Below the pieces are notes generated by a model. It was not told the DNA's origin. It was given only the letters and a program-made list of their open reading frames with translations, and ran no database searches. This document shows, piece after piece, positions 40,860 through 51,408 of a stretch of DNA of 64,000 nucleotides (within the stretch, counting starts at the first letter, position 1; every line of letters begins with the position of its first letter). The position numbers and the translations under genes were made by a program. Origin of the DNA: a virus. The stretch covers positions 75,817 through 139,816 of IMG/VR virus record IMGVR_UViG_3300000553_000005; one strand, written 5' to 3'.

Positions 40860-41431
40860 GTGAATAGAGCGGAGACAATTGCTAATTTGACCGTTGCTAA
40901 GAAGAGATTTGTAAAACTTCAAGAAGAGCAAGAGGATATTTATCAAACCCTATTGAAGAATCTGAACAGAACTGATGAACCTCATATGTGGATATGGGAT
41001 TTTATTGCTAATGATGGTTCTAGTATAGAAAATGTTATGAGACATTTAGATGGATGAATTTATAAATCCTCAAATGTTAATAGCCAGAGCCATCAGAGAC
41101 AAAGATATTCCCATGTTGGGTATAATAGAGCAGTATCTAAAGAATGCTGTGTTCCATGATTCTTTTGATGAAGAAGCTGAACGTGTTCAAAAAATTTTAT
41201 TGGAAGTTATTGACGATTTCAGAAATGCTATGGAGAAATGAAATGGTTGCAAATATCATAACAGAGACAGTTACTAATAAAGATGGGGACGTTCTTTGGT
41301 TCTCTAATTATCCGTTTACTCGTTTAAATAAAAAAGGAGAGTGCTTTATTCACGATAGCCATCGCTATGAAGTGATTTCATCCATTCTTGATGGAAGAAA
41401 TATCAGAACTGTGGTTATTAAACTCTCATAA
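40860..41431 (+). CDS. Run of three small hypothetical ORFs (40860-41057, 41050-41241, ~41243-41431)
   Basis: Coupled short ORFs with RBSs. Confidence 0.45.
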
Positions 41432-41499
41432 CTGTAGTGACCTAAAATAAATTTACCAGAATTCTTCTCATCCCTGGTATAATATGAAGAGGGGTTCTT

Positions 41500-41898
41500 A
41501 TGGTTCACAGAGGAAAGCGTTGGATTCGTGGTTTTGAAGCTGCTCAAGCTGCCTCTGCTCATTCTGATGGTAAAATTATCGGCTCTCGTCTGGGGGCCGC
41601 TCTCTATTCTGGAAATAATCTCCTTGCTGTGGGGTTCAGTATCTATACAAAAACCCATCCTGAAGGTAAGCAGAGAACTTATGATATTACTATTCACGCA
41701 GAACAAATGGCCTTGCTGCGTAGAAGGCATTACGAAAACGATTCCAATCTCATAATGTATGTATGGAGAGAGACTGTAGGAGGAATTCCTGCATTGAGTA
41801 AACCATGTGTCAATTGCCAGGAGAGAATGCGCTTGGCTGGAGTTCGCAAGGTTCGCTATATTAACGTCAAGGGGGAGACAGAAGAGATGCGTTTCTGA
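41500..41898 (+). CDS. Zinc-dependent cytidine/dCMP deaminase-like protein
   Basis: IHAEQ and SKPCVNC. Confidence 0.85.
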   Translation: MVHRGKRWIRGFEAAQAASAHSDGKIIGSRLGAALYSGNNLLAVGFSIYTKTHPEGKQRTYDITIHAEQMALLRRRHYENDSNLIMYVWRETVGGIPALSKPCVNCQERMRLAGVRKVRYINVKGETEEMRF

Positions 41899-42142
41899 AA
41901 CGTTAAAAAATCAGAATTTCTATTCCTTTGTTAGAGGTGGCTATGCTTCCAATGATGAAGTCTTTGAAATGAACTGTTTAATTTGTGATCAAAAAATAGA
42001 ATGCCAATCTACTTTTGCTAAATCCTTATGTAGTAAATGTCAAGGAAAAATAACTGAAGAAGGGATGCTGAGTTACCGATTACTTTTACAAATTGAACGA
42101 GAATCCCTTCTTTCCGAGTAATTAATTAATAAGGAGGGGATC

Positions 42143-42508
42143 TTGCTAGCATGGATTAAAGGAATTTTTAAGGGTAAACTTGTCTTAGATGAGAATGACA
42201 TAGTAATCTCCCCATCTTTAGCGAGGGCTATCCTTTTAAATAGAACTGTTTTAAATAGTGAATTGGATGTGTGGGGGAAAAAGAACTTCCCTCGTTGGGC
42301 TGACTTCTTTGATCCTAACAACAAGAACTATTCTGTGCCACTATACAGAACAGAAACTAGTGTTTGGCAAGCTAAAGAAGAAACTCTAAAAATTCTTATG
42401 GGGTATTTAATTAGATATTCGGATCATGATGTATGGGTAATCCGATCAAGAACTCGCAATGCCCAACCCATATGGGACACATTTCAGAAATTAGGAATGA
42501 CATGGTAG
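42143..42508 (+). CDS. Hypothetical protein
   Basis: AAGGAGG RBS. Confidence 0.55.
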   Translation: MLAWIKGIFKGKLVLDENDIVISPSLARAILLNRTVLNSELDVWGKKNFPRWADFFDPNNKNYSVPLYRTETSVWQAKEETLKILMGYLIRYSDHDVWVIRSRTRNAQPIWDTFQKLGMTW

Positions 42509-42975
42509 ATAAAATATACATAGATCTGGATGGAGTACTTGCCGATTTTGACAAGTGGAAGAACGAAGCAGCGAAATATCACCCCCAAATTTTAACTGAT
42601 AAAAGTGAACTATGGATAGATGCCGCTGCGACCGACAGACTCTATTACCATTTAGATTTGATGCCGGATGCTGCCACTCTCATGCTCTACTTGGAATCAT
42701 TGGGAATACCTTTAGCCATCCTGACTGCTATTCCTCGCCGCAAAACCGTCCCAACGGCTGAAGCGGATAAAAGAGAATGGGTAAAAGAGAATATAGGGGA
42801 TATTGAATTCCATATCGGCCCCTTCTCTCAAGATAAGCAACGATTCTCTGGTCCTGGAAAAGTTCTGATTGATGATAAAAAGTTGAACATAGATCAATGG
42901 AATGCCAAGGGTGGTGATGGTATTTTGTTTACCAGCGCAAATCAGGCTATTCGGGCCGTTGAGAGGTTATTGTGA
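42502..42975 (+). CDS. HAD 5'(3')-deoxyribonucleotidase-like protein
   Basis: IDLDGVLADF, ILTA, K..W and LIDD. Confidence 0.85.
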   Translation: MVDKIYIDLDGVLADFDKWKNEAAKYHPQILTDKSELWIDAAATDRLYYHLDLMPDAATLMLYLESLGIPLAILTAIPRRKTVPTAEADKREWVKENIGDIEFHIGPFSQDKQRFSGPGKVLIDDKKLNIDQWNAKGGDGILFTSANQAIRAVERLL

Positions 42976-43471
42976 AAGATGAAGATAAGTGTTGGAAACC
43001 TAAGATCTTATGCTCTAAATGTAATTCCGAAAAAATAGTAGTCATGAAGCACAATTTAAAATTTATAGAAAAATGTGCCAATTGTGGGCATACTTTCATC
43101 CTGGATTTTTTGGACCGTGAAATAAAATAATCTACTTCATTTTTTAGATTTTCCAGTATAATGAGGTATGGAGAATCTTATGGAACGGCTACAGGTCAAA
43201 GCTATCAAGAAGGCTGGTCGAGAACTGACCCGAAGCTTTGCTATGGCTCCAAAGGTCATTCAGCATAAGCATAGGATTGAGGTTAAGAAGACCACGAAAC
43301 AGTGGTTAAAGGAGATTTAATGATGAATTTTGGATGGTTCAACCCTAATTCAGATGGACTTCCAGGTTTGGGAATTACTAATGAAGGAGAGAATATCTTC
43401 AATGATATCCCCGACCAGATTGTATTTCTAGAGCATGAGGATCTTGAATTCCTCGCCACCGTAGGGATGAA

Positions 43472-44392
43472 GTGGTGAAAAACATCTTCACAACTTTGTA
43501 TGGGAGTCATTTGTTCGGCTGTAATGTGGCCGGTTCAGATGAGGACTATAAATCGGTTCATCTGGAAGATCTATCTGATCTTCTCTTTAAGGACACCCAC
43601 GCACTCAATAGCAAGGATGAAACTGGCCCAACCAAAATTGAAACCGAAACCTTCAGTCTTCGCTTCTACCTGAAGATGCTTGCTGGGGGACAGGTTATTG
43701 CCACTGATATGTTCTTTGCTCCCCCACAGTTCTGGAGGGGAGAAGTGTCTCCTCTCTGGAAGGAGATTCAAGCACTAAAGCCTTACGCTATTACTAGAAG
43801 GCTTCATGCCTTCGCTTCCTATGCCAAGAATCAAGCATTTAAGTATGGGAACAAAGGGCTTAAGATCCTGACTGTGCAGAAGGCTATCAAACTTTTGGAG
43901 TCTAACACTAGCTTTGAGAAACTGTGTGAAGAGCTAAAGGGTATGGAAGGTATCAAGTACACCACTGAACATGCGGCTGTGCAGGATATCCGTCACATTG
44001 AAATTTGTGGTAAGGATTGGGGTGAGACTACGGCTTATCATCTGTGGCTCCCGGTTCTCAAAGACCTAGAGGCCCAGTATGGTGAAAGGGCACGTTTGAG
44101 TACCAGGGGTGTTGACCTCAAGGCCCAGTATCAGACCGTCCGTATCACTTCTGAAGCCATTGAGCTACTCTCTACTGGTCATCTGACTTTCCCCAGGGGC
44201 GAGGCCCCTTTGCTGCTCTCTATCCGCAATAATGAGCTTGGGGAAGAGGCTTTGCGTGATTTGGTGGAAAACAAGCTGGCTGAACTTAAGGAGACTGTTC
44301 CCACTGATTCCCTCCCTGAAAAGGCTGATTGGGACAAGCTAAACGATTTTATTTTGTCTGCTGAAAAAGATTTTCTGAAGAAAACTCTGTAA
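43472..44392 (+). CDS. Pol-beta superfamily nucleotidyltransferase (RlaP/T4 NrdC.11-like)
   Basis: GSHLFG...SDED; C-terminal LLSIRN and LPEKAD. Confidence 0.8.
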   Translation: MVKNIFTTLYGSHLFGCNVAGSDEDYKSVHLEDLSDLLFKDTHALNSKDETGPTKIETETFSLRFYLKMLAGGQVIATDMFFAPPQFWRGEVSPLWKEIQALKPYAITRRLHAFASYAKNQAFKYGNKGLKILTVQKAIKLLESNTSFEKLCEELKGMEGIKYTTEHAAVQDIRHIEICGKDWGETTAYHLWLPVLKDLEAQYGERARLSTRGVDLKAQYQTVRITSEAIELLSTGHLTFPRGEAPLLLSIRNNELGEEALRDLVENKLAELKETVPTDSLPEKADWDKLNDFILSAEKDFLKKTL

Positions 44393-44440
44393 ATTAGGTA
44401 TAATACCACTAGGGCCACACGGATAAAAGGAGAATTACTG

Positions 44441-45103
44441 ATGGCGAGAACTACTGTAGAGAAGCGTACAGCGGAGCGAATGTCCACAGAGAAGCAGTTC
44501 AAGAAGGTGAAGATCCGTCTTACAGAAAGGCGCAAGCGAGAACGAGAGGCTATTAAGAACCAGGACAACGCTTTGTCATGGCTACCTGCGTTTACTCAAG
44601 CTACTTTTCCAGATGGGATTCTCCCTCGTATTCGTGCCTTTGAACATATTTGTCGCTCTGCTAAATACCTCTCTTCCGATTTTTCTCAGACAGATGTGAA
44701 GCAGTGGCTCAAAATGAGTGGCTATGTCCCTGATGGCCCTGGGTTTATTCTGAAGAGTGTAAAGTCTGCTGGAATTAGTAAGATTAACCCCAGCAAACCT
44801 AAAAAGGATGTTGCCAGTTCTCGCAAAAAGAAGGAAACAATCGCCAAAATTAATTATGATGAGCATGAATTGATGTTCAGCTATGATTGCATTGCCAATC
44901 TCAATTTGGGGAAAAAGATTACTAGGCGAAAAAGTACCATGGTAGAAGGACGAGCCATTTTTGGTAAAGCTGATGACGAAAGGACCACTCCCACTTTTGG
45001 AGGTAATGGTAACCAGTATCATCATACCTACAGCAACCATCTTCAGCCCTTTATCATCACTTACAATAATGATGGTATCTATATTAGTCACCGATTGCTT
45101 TAA
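44441..45103 (+). CDS. Basic hypothetical protein
   Basis: Promoter plus AAGGAG RBS. Confidence 0.6.
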   Translation: MARTTVEKRTAERMSTEKQFKKVKIRLTERRKREREAIKNQDNALSWLPAFTQATFPDGILPRIRAFEHICRSAKYLSSDFSQTDVKQWLKMSGYVPDGPGFILKSVKSAGISKINPSKPKKDVASSRKKKETIAKINYDEHELMFSYDCIANLNLGKKITRRKSTMVEGRAIFGKADDERTTPTFGGNGNQYHHTYSNHLQPFIITYNNDGIYISHRLL

Positions 45104-45278
45104 AGGAGAACCAAATGAGTAGTTTTGAAACCAAGATTGTCATGACCCTGAAGAAGTCCACTAAGGGGACTCATGTGTATGCTAACGAGGACAAGGGGGT
45201 TAGTGGAGTTTACATCCCTAAGGAATTTCTTCCCGATGAAGCCCCTAAGACTATTCTCCTCACTCTTTCGGAGGACAA

Positions 45279-45488
45279 ATGAGCAGCAAAGGTGTTTGTA
45301 TAAATTGTAGATTCTGTTATGTATTAGATAGTACCCCCTACTCTTCAACTGCTGTTTGCCATAGGTTACATGAGTCTACTGGTCTTCCCCTTAACCGAAA
45401 ATGTGAGGAAGAACGTCTAATTTCAATTCTTGGTAGCCCTTCTTGTGGGCCTGATGGGTACTTCTTTGAATCTAAGAGTTTTAAATAA
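45279..45488 (+). CDS. Small Cys-rich protein
   Basis: GGAGG RBS; CINCRFC and CGPDGYFFE. Confidence 0.55.
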   Translation: MSSKGVCINCRFCYVLDSTPYSSTAVCHRLHESTGLPLNRKCEEERLISILGSPSCGPDGYFFESKSFK

Positions 45489-45750
45489 TACACCAAAAAT
45501 AGTCTAGAATTAGGTATAATAGGGTAAGGAGGACTACAGCTAGCGCAATCGGATGTTTTATGGTTTACAAAGGAATTTTCGGGAGGTAAACATGCTAGAT
45601 CAAGAATGGCTGGTAATCCCCTGTATGATGGTGTCGTTTCTTATTCGCGTTCCAATCTTTATCATAACCTTTATGATTGGGAGTGTGGTGGATGCGGTTC
45701 GCTACGGTTGGGATTTGTCGAACTTTCATCAATGTGAATAGAGGTTAAAA

Positions 45751-46332
45751 ATGGAGCAAGGGAGTATCTTGAGAAAAATTAAAAGTCTAGCTGTTTCCAA
45801 GTTCTTCAGGGAGAGTCGTAAACCTGTGGGCTATGATGAGAGCTACAATGAAAAGACCCTTATTGAGATGGTTAGCAATAACTCCATCCTCTCCACTCCT
45901 GGGTATCGGGATGGCGTGGTTCTGGTTCCTGTGCTGCCCCGTTTCATGCGTTGCCCCGTTGTTCCTCTGACCCCTAATCTAGAGTTCAAGACCACCTACG
46001 AGAGCCGTATTCCGGGTGAAACGCCTCGTAAGCGCACGGTGGCTGTCGTTGATCAACTTCCCATCGCTGGTTATGTCTCTGCTGTTCTCTACCGCCATGA
46101 TGTGCTGGTAGAGGATGGGGATGCCTCTGGTGATTCGGAATGGGAAGTGGTGGCTCTCCTGGCGCATCCTGAGTCCAAACCGGAACCTATGAATGTGGGT
46201 ACGTTAATGGCTAACCACTTCAAGGCAGCAGGGGGAACCGCTACCAACATGACCCCTGAGGAGTTTGAAAAGGCTCTGCGTGAAAGCTACAATTTCTGGA
46301 AGAATCATACCATGGCAGAGGTACGTTCATGA
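45751..46332 (+). CDS. Hypothetical protein
   Basis: GAGG RBS; PGYRDGV and GGTAT motifs. Confidence 0.65.
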   Translation: MEQGSILRKIKSLAVSKFFRESRKPVGYDESYNEKTLIEMVSNNSILSTPGYRDGVVLVPVLPRFMRCPVVPLTPNLEFKTTYESRIPGETPRKRTVAVVDQLPIAGYVSAVLYRHDVLVEDGDASGDSEWEVVALLAHPESKPEPMNVGTLMANHFKAAGGTATNMTPEEFEKALRESYNFWKNHTMAEVRS

Positions 46333-46446
46333 AATATATTAAATTCACCATCCTATATCCTATCCTAGCTATTTCTTACTGCTTAGGATGTCCTGGTATT
46401 TTCCTGGCTACTTCTGAAACTCTCAATCGTATTAAGGGAATTCACA

Positions 46447-47933
46447 ATGAACAACGATGAACTAGGTAAATATCTTCAAGCTTACAGGGCGGGGCATAGT
46501 TGGGAAGACCGTTTCCTAGCCCAGCAGATTGAGTTATTTCAAAAAGATCTCAAACATGGAGTTGGAGTTCTTGGCTTGGAATCCTCCACTTCTGAGGATG
46601 TTTACTTCGCTTCTCTTATGGGAATTAAACTCTAATGGATAATCGTATTATGGATATCAAACAATCCAGACCTTACGAACACTCTATTCTTAGTATTTCA
46701 CTAGATACTTCAGGCTTTGACAATGAAGAGGTCGAAGCCGTTCTTTTTTATAAAGAGTATGAGGATCATCCAGATCATCATCATATTTGCCTAAACCGTG
46801 TCGAGGCTTACAAACTATTTGTATGGTTAGAGGATAATATGGATAAATTGACATAAAATAAACTAACAAAATGTTATAATGGAGGAACGTTATGCGTAAA
46901 TTCATTATAACTTGCTTGGCAGTTCCATTTATTATATTTAAAGTAGCTTTTTTATATAAAGATGACTCTCATATTAAACATACTATTGCTATATCACAGG
47001 CAGTTGAACCTACCTATCGAATTTCAGCGCAACTTAATCCTGATTTACGAATTAAAATTTCCGCTGCTCTTTCAGAAATAAACAGAGATGGAACTGTCAC
47101 TCCCATATTTATTTTAAAGACCCCAACTTTTTGAGTATTGATTGTTTTAAAGGAGGGTATCAAATGACTGTCTGGAAATATTGTGAATGTGGTTGTCATG
47201 GCTACGAATGCGGCAAGTATTGGGCCTTTCATGATCTAAGAGGAGATAATCTTTTTCATCTCCATAGAGGACACGGCTGGATTAGTCCAAAATTGGGGGT
47301 TTTTCAAACTGTGGAAGATTGCACAAGACAAATCAGGATTATGGAAGGTCATGATGAAATTGATTTTGAATTGGCAACGATTGAATATGACTATGCAATC
47401 CATCCCGAGGCCATGAAACGTATTCGCTTAATTGTCGATCAACTTAAGGAGAGGTCTATTGCATCCTGAAACCACTCATATCCAGCAAAATCTGAACTTA
47501 GAAGTGGCTCATGGGACTCTCACTAAGACTTATAATCTATGGATCAAGAATCGTTTTTTTCAACTAACTCAACGTGAACTTGACACGTTACACGATGTTC
47601 TTGATAAACATCGAACAAATGAGTCAATTGGCTAAATAAAACGCCTCAAAAATAATTTGCCCAACTTTTGAAAAAGTCCGGTATACTACAGTATCGGAGG
47701 CGTCACCCATGCTTTTCACCTATTCAAGCGTTGAACGGATGAATGAACTGGTCGAGAAGGCCAATAAATCGCTTCGCAAGATTGGAATTTCTGAAATCGT
47801 GATTGATAGTGTAAAGACTCGTAAGGTGCAGGTTGGCGAGAACGCTTTTCTGGAACCCATCTACAAGGGTGAAGGCTTCAGTGAGGCTGAACTTCGTGAT
47901 CTTAGAAATTATTTTGATTTAGTCATCCAATGA
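46447..47933 (+). CDS. Cluster of small hypothetical ORFs (46447-46635, 46635-46856, 46892-47134, ~47164-47469, 47709-47933)
   Basis: Short co-oriented ORFs with RBSs. Confidence 0.45.
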
Positions 47934-47950
47934 ATCAGTATTATCCAAAG

Positions 47951-48236
47951 AAGGCGGTTCTTAAGTCCTGAGAACCTGGAATCGCCAGTTGTGTGTGGGC
48001 CTCAGGAGTCCTATCACGAAAGAGCTTGGACAGGCAATGCTCTTGCACTACTGGCCCCGAAAGGGGCCTTTGGTGGTGATGACAGGTAGGCCAACAACTT
48101 CGGTTGTGAAATCCTGACAGTGGCGAAGAATTGACTGTCCAGAGCCAGTTCAGTCTTCCGGTGGTGGGAGGGTGCGCAACCGACTGCCATTTACGAGCCG
48201 GGAGGGGGAAGGCGAAAGCTCTCCCCCTTCTTTTTT
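47951..48236 (+). ncRNA. Unassigned highly structured RNA with pseudoknots and its own terminator
   Basis: GC-rich and ORF-free; many nested and crossing pairings; GAAA and UUCG tetraloops. Confidence 0.7.
48201..48236 (+). terminator. Rho-independent terminator
   Basis: GAGGGGGA..GCGAAAGC..TCCCCCTTC followed by T6. Confidence 0.8.
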
Positions 48237-48266
48237 AACTTTCTAACCCTATCTTTGAGGGATGCT

Positions 48267-48962
48267 ATGTTTGAATTTGAGGCTGGGTTATTAAAACAAG
48301 GCTACACCATTTGGGGTAAGAGAATATCTCAAAATATTCATTTTCTTCAGCCTGTAATCGACAAGATTGAAGGAAGATTAATTAAACATGGAGTCCCTTA
48401 TCATCATAGTCACGGAGATCTCCCTATAAGTGTAGTAACAGGAAGTTTAGATGGAACCATAACTATCATCCCGTCTGAGGCAACGTCAGATATTAATATT
48501 CTTTCCATTGGAAAGGCTATACCAGGAATGAAAGATGGCCCTCCCAATGACCCGAAAGCTAGATCTATACCGGAAGGGAGTGACGTATATATTCTTACGG
48601 GGGTTAAAATGCTCACGGCCAAAGAATTTGTTGCCACTACTTCCTACGCTATTCTTTGGGGTAAATATAATGATTTGAAGCTTGGAGAACTATCTTTAGA
48701 GGATTGGTCAAAATTGTACAAGACCAAAACTAAGCTTGATTGGGAATTGAGTGAGAAGGAACTAAAAAAACAAACAAAATCTAAAAATTCTTGCTTCAAA
48801 AATTCAAAAATTGGGTATAATAGTGTATCGGAGGAAGACATGGAATGCATTCTTGGTGGGACTTACGAGGATTTGGCCGAAAAGCTTCGGGAAGATGGAA
48901 TGGAAGAAGTTGAAATCAGCAAGCTCATCGCTGAATTGGAAATGGCTGTTGAAGCTGCATAA
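48267..48962 (+). CDS. Hypothetical protein; its 3' part probably overlaps a separate small gene (48840-48962)
   Basis: ATG 48267 after GAGG; internal promoter and GGAGG RBS before 48840. Confidence 0.55.
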   Translation: MFEFEAGLLKQGYTIWGKRISQNIHFLQPVIDKIEGRLIKHGVPYHHSHGDLPISVVTGSLDGTITIIPSEATSDINILSIGKAIPGMKDGPPNDPKARSIPEGSDVYILTGVKMLTAKEFVATTSYAILWGKYNDLKLGELSLEDWSKLYKTKTKLDWELSEKELKKQTKSKNSCFKNSKIGYNSVSEEDMECILGGTYEDLAEKLREDGMEEVEISKLIAELEMAVEAA

Positions 48963-48989
48963 CAAGAATTAATTTTAAAGGAATTAGAC

Positions 48990-49202
48990 ATGATGGATAA
49001 GGCTCTAAAGACGTTTTTCGTTGCGGCTACGCTTCCTGGGGCCTTGCTGCTCCCCTATATGAATGGTCTGGTGAATGGGATAGCTGCTGCGGCTGGCTTC
49101 ATCCTGTATCATCATGGTCATCCTGCTATTGGTATAGGTTTGATGGTATACGCTGCTGTCTCCAGTACCTTTACAGTGGCTTTGGCTAACCGAAGAGGAT
49201 GA
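48990..49202 (+). CDS. Small membrane protein
   Basis: AAGGA RBS; hydrophobic. Confidence 0.5.
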   Translation: MMDKALKTFFVAATLPGALLLPYMNGLVNGIAAAAGFILYHHGHPAIGIGLMVYAAVSSTFTVALANRRG

Positions 49203-49567
49203 TATTTAAAATGAGTCTTTTTGATAAGAAATCCTGCTTGGCTATTGGCGGTGGGGCTTTCCTTCTAGGTTATTTAGGATTGGGGTTATTTCAGTGTGGC
49301 ATCTTACTCATCCCTGGCCTTGCTATTCTGGCAGTCATTAAGGACTATTCAGAAAAAAATTAAAGGAGTTAGTTGTGTTTCTCGCAGTGAGAAGCCCATA
49401 GAAGAGGAGGAGTGAGATGAGCCTGGAAAAAGACTTGAAGAGTGTTAAGCAGATATGGTGGGAAGGTGAGGATCTATTTATTTCTACTGAAGATGGAGCC
49501 ACTATTCGTCTAGAGAAAGCCTACTTTATGTCTCACAGTGTTAAGCCCATAGAAGAAGAGAAGTAAC

Positions 49568-49774
49568 ATGCCTTGCCCTTGCCTCCTTGCTGATGAACCT
49601 TGCAGACCTGACTGCTCTTGTGTTAACCCTCTTATGTCTTGCGGCTGTCTTTGTTGCTGCACTTATGGTAGTCCTGAACAACAGAAACGTCAGGCTAATA
49701 GACTGGTCACTAACCAAAAAAGAACTCATGTCTTATGTGTGGGAAAACATGGAGAAGATAATTACTGGGGTTGA
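49568..49774 (+). CDS. Small Cys-rich (metal-binding) protein
   Basis: Ten Cys within the first ~31 residues. Confidence 0.5.
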   Translation: MPCPCLLADEPCRPDCSCVNPLMSCGCLCCCTYGSPEQQKRQANRLVTNQKRTHVLCVGKHGEDNYWG

Positions 49775-50015
49775 GATTTAGCCTTTTTAGTTTCAGATAT
49801 TTTCTTCTTGGTTTCTTCAGAACAACTTACCCCTTTATTCCAAGATGGTTTACCCATTTTAGCCTCAGATATTTTCCTTTTGGTTTCTTCAGTCATTACA
49901 TGCCCTTGAAGACTGTCACTGATATGTTTCTTTTGCTCATCAGTTCTTTTCTTTCCTGTGTTAGCTTTTCCAACTTTCTCTGCATGTTCTTTGGTAATTA
50001 TTTGTTTACTCCTGA
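49762..50015 (-). pseudogene. NUMOD3-repeat relic of a homing endonuclease
   Basis: Minus frame reads ..TDEQKKHISDS..TEETKRKISEAKMGKPSWNKG..SEETKKKISE..*; in-frame stop upstream and no nuclease domain. Confidence 0.75.
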
Positions 50016-50028
50016 AAGGTAGGTTGCT

Positions 50029-51144
50029 ATGCTAGAGGTACAGAAATTTCTTTTGTCCAATACTTTATCGGACCTTAAGGAAAAGTATGCCATCAATTAT
50101 AGGGTGGGTGATATAGAAAGTTTGGTTAGTTTAAATTACAACCAGATTGAGTCTCCTATGGGAGAGAAGATTGTGCAGGAATGCCGACAGCTAATTCTGG
50201 AACTTGATACTTGGAGGGTAGTGTCTATAGCCCTAGACAAATTTTTCAATTACGCAGAACAGAAGTCCCCTGAGTTTGATTGGTCTAGCTTTAAGACTTA
50301 TGAAAAGATTGATGGTTCTCTGATCTCGTTTTTTCACTATAATGGTCAGTGGTATTGTGCTACTCGCTCTGTCCCTGGAGCTAACACTCCAGTTGATGAG
50401 ACTGGTATGACTTTTAAGGATCTGGTCCTTCTTACTTTGAAGGACATGGGGACTTCCTGGGAGGGATTAACCTCTTACATGGAGCCTGGATACACTTATA
50501 TTTGTGAGCTTACTTCTGAAGAGAATAGAGTTGTTTGCCAGTATAATGAGCGTAAATTAACTCTCCTAGCTATTCGTTCTATTCATGAACCTTTTTTCAA
50601 AGAAAATAATTTGGAAATTTGGGAAGGCTATAATCAAGATTTTCCTCTGCCTCTTGTTACTCGTTATGATGGGTTTTCCAAGGAAGCTATCCTGGCTGAA
50701 GTGCAGGAGCGTAACCCCACTGAGCATGAAGGTTATGTGCTGGTGGATAAGAACTTCAATCGGGTTAAGATAAAGAGTAATGCTTACTGCTTAATGAGTT
50801 ATCAACGTGACGGTTTGGGTAAGTCTAACCGTGCCCGACTGGAACTGATCTTCTCTGACAAGGTGGATGACGTTATTGGTCTTCTGCCTAAGTTCGTGCA
50901 GGAGAAGATTCTTTCTCTCCAGACCGCTCTAAATAACCTCGTTCAGAGTATTAATCAGACGTACGCTGAAATAAAGAATATTGAATCACAGAAGGGCTTC
51001 GCTGCCGAAGCTATCAAGTATCGCTATTCGGCTGCACTATTCGCTCTCAGAGGTGGTCGTATCACGGACGCTCTGGAGTGGCTCAAGAGGGCTTCGGTCA
51101 AGAGTGTGCTGGGTTGGTTGCAGGTTGATGAGGAGGAAGAATAA
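50029..51144 (+). CDS. T4 Rnl1-like RNA ligase
   Basis: KFFN, EKIDGS, ATRS, ELTS..NRVV, EGYV and RVKIKS..Y. Confidence 0.92.
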   Translation: MLEVQKFLLSNTLSDLKEKYAINYRVGDIESLVSLNYNQIESPMGEKIVQECRQLILELDTWRVVSIALDKFFNYAEQKSPEFDWSSFKTYEKIDGSLISFFHYNGQWYCATRSVPGANTPVDETGMTFKDLVLLTLKDMGTSWEGLTSYMEPGYTYICELTSEENRVVCQYNERKLTLLAIRSIHEPFFKENNLEIWEGYNQDFPLPLVTRYDGFSKEAILAEVQERNPTEHEGYVLVDKNFNRVKIKSNAYCLMSYQRDGLGKSNRARLELIFSDKVDDVIGLLPKFVQEKILSLQTALNNLVQSINQTYAEIKNIESQKGFAAEAIKYRYSAALFALRGGRITDALEWLKRASVKSVLGWLQVDEEEE

Positions 51145-51407
51145 TGAGTAATCGTGAAGCTGAACTTGAAGGCCAAGTCTACCGAATGGGTAATCAAATC
51201 AAAGAACTGACTGAAGATTTGTTAGCGGCTCACAATGCTCATGAAGGTACTATGCGTGACTTGATTGAAGCCTATGAGAGAATAGCTGTGCTGGAGCAGG
51301 GTCTAAAGGAAATCACTGAGGGTTATCGCTTCGGTCGTTATCCTGATGGCGTGGGTATGGCTGAAAAGTTGCTGGCCGGGGAAAAACTAGAATACAAGGG
51401 AGAATAA
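51144..51407 (+). CDS. Small coiled-coil protein
   Basis: Coupled ORF. Confidence 0.55.
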   Translation: MSNREAELEGQVYRMGNQIKELTEDLLAAHNAHEGTMRDLIEAYERIAVLEQGLKEITEGYRFGRYPDGVGMAEKLLAGEKLEYKGE

Positions 51408-51408
51408 G

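Noticed and set aside
48195-48230. Group II intron domain V
   Set aside because: GAGCCG is followed by a terminator hairpin, not the domain V/VI consensus; there is no RT and no interrupted gene
47951-48236. tRNA, tmRNA, RNase P or cobalamin riboswitch
   Set aside because: No T-arm/CCA end, tag ORF, P4 consensus or complete B12 box is recognisable by eye
49771-50022. Phe-rich + strand ORF
   Set aside because: Antisense shadow of Lys/Glu-rich NUMOD3 repeats
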